From a virus (Duplodnaviria; Caudoviricetes): a stretch of DNA of 25,199 nt. Under the pieces are notes generated by a model. That model did not search any database, was not told the DNA's origin, and saw nothing but the letters and a program-made list of their open reading frames with translations. Position 1 is the stretch's first letter. The number at the start of each line of letters is the position of its first letter. Position numbers and translations under genes: made by a program. Positions 24,423 through 25,199 of the stretch are shown here, piece after piece. The stretch spans positions 1 through 25,199 of the IMG/VR virus record IMGVR_UViG_3300013767_000194. One strand, given 5' to 3'.

Positions 24423-24554
24423 TCAGCCTCGGAGGATCGGGTAAAGGTTGGCGGCAAGCAGCGCGATGGTGAATGCGCCGCCGTAGATGTACAGCGTGCG
24501 GCGGTTGCGGGCCTGCCAGTCGCGGAAGGCCTTGTAATCGTCAATGTCGATCAT
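24423..24554 (-). CDS. 43-aa single-TM protein MIDIDDYKAFRDWQARNRRTLYIYGGAFTIALLAANLYPILRG
   Basis: ATGA overlap at 24554-24551 and SD GGAG. Confidence 0.7.
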   Translation of the reverse strand: MIDIDDYKAFRDWQARNRRTLYIYGGAFTIALLAANLYPILRG

Positions 24555-24823
24555 GGTTGCTCCCGGTAGGTGAGCATGGCGTCGGCAAGCCGGTAGGCGT
24601 TCTTCGCCATATAGGCAACGTGCTCGTCGTTGTAATGGAGGAACGGTTCGCACGTCTCACCAAAGCGCGGGTTGGCTTCCAGCGAAAGCAAGCCAGTCAG
24701 CGCCTTCGCCGCGAACCAGTCGCGCATAGTCACGCCAATTGATCCATTGACGCGCTTGCCGCCGACGAACATGCCGTCCTCGAAAGGCATCGCCGGGCCG
24801 CCGTCCTTGATCTGCTCGCTCAT
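24551..24823 (-). CDS. Conserved-type phage hypothetical protein
   Basis: GGPA.P...G.T.RDWFAAKAL.G...AY..ADAML..R pattern. SD GGAG; ATGA overlap. Confidence 0.88.
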   Translation of the reverse strand: MSEQIKDGGPAMPFEDGMFVGGKRVNGSIGVTMRDWFAAKALTGLLSLEANPRFGETCEPFLHYNDEHVAYMAKNAYRLADAMLTYREQP

Positions 24824-24996
24824 GATTGCGCTCCAGCTTTTGCGAGGGCAGCATGCGCTTTCACGCGGGCCTCCGACTCAGTCAGCGTGCTTGGCGTTTT
24901 AGTGAATGTGCGAAGCATGGTCTGCAACGCGTCCACCAACTCCGGAATCAGGTTCTCCCGATCAGCCTGTCTGGCTGCGGCTTGAGTGGTGTTCAT
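24820..24996 (-). CDS. 58-aa hypothetical protein (MNTTQAAARQADRENLIPELVDAL...AHAALAKAGAQS), below the ORF-track cutoff
   Basis: Hand-translated. ATGA overlaps at both ends and SD GGAG. Confidence 0.8.
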   Translation of the reverse strand: MNTTQAAARQADRENLIPELVDALQTMLRTFTKTPSTLTESEARVKAHAALAKAGAQS

Positions 24997-25199
24997 TGCT
25001 GGACTCCGGCAATCTCTTTACGGAGGCGATCCACATCGCGCTCGCCGTTGAGCAGACTAGCCACCATTGACGCGAGGAATCCGGCTTTGAACGCGCACGA
25101 TGTGACCGTCTCTTCGGAGAGGGGAATCGGAGGTTTCCTCCCGCTGTCCTCCACGAACCTCTCGACTTGCTGGCGGGTGATCTCGCTCTGTGTAGTCAT
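24993..25199 (-). CDS. Hypothetical protein
   Basis: 68-aa ORF coupled to the next gene. Its ATG is at the window edge, so upstream context is not visible. Confidence 0.7.
   Translation of the reverse strand: MTTQSEITRQQVERFVEDSGRKPPIPLSEETVTSCAFKAGFLASMVASLLNGERDVDRLRKEIAGVQQ

Larger units (their letters stand above)
1..25199. mobile_element. Tailed bacteriophage or prophage segment: lambda-like head, Mu-like contractile tail, lysis cassette and convergent early-type operon
   Basis: Continuous head-neck-tail-baseplate-fibre-lysis gene order with overlapping start/stop codons. No host housekeeping gene is recognisable. Confidence 0.98.

Overview
The whole window is a GC-rich tailed-phage (myovirus-type) genome segment, probably from a Burkholderiales-type host; the host is my inference and is not shown by the sequence. 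Positions 1-21082 (+) form one late operon. It has a lambda-like head (S49 protease cut by the window edge, separate acidic scaffold-like gene, decoration protein with a duplicated 92-aa insert, gpE-type capsid), a Mu-like contractile tail and baseplate (with a -1 frameshifted tail chaperone and a tape measure ending in a lysozyme domain), tail fibre genes, and a lysis cassette (holin, GH19 endolysin, embedded Rz/Rz1). Two accessory metal-binding genes interrupt the lysis cassette and an HTH-metallophosphoesterase follows it. Positions 21113-25199 (-) are an unbroken chain of translationally coupled small mosaic genes, four of which are absent or mis-started in the ORF track. Three free-standing homing endonucleases are present, and the two in the late operon sit beside apparently synonymously recoded ends of structural genes. 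The most novel-looking signal is at the convergence of the two operons (about 21100-21230): a promoter-like element with an overlapping palindrome, followed by a compact, strand-specific, two-GAAA-tetraloop RNA-like structure, directly downstream of the HTH-phosphoesterase, where no integrase or att is seen. All family assignments come from motif recognition and synteny, not from database searches.
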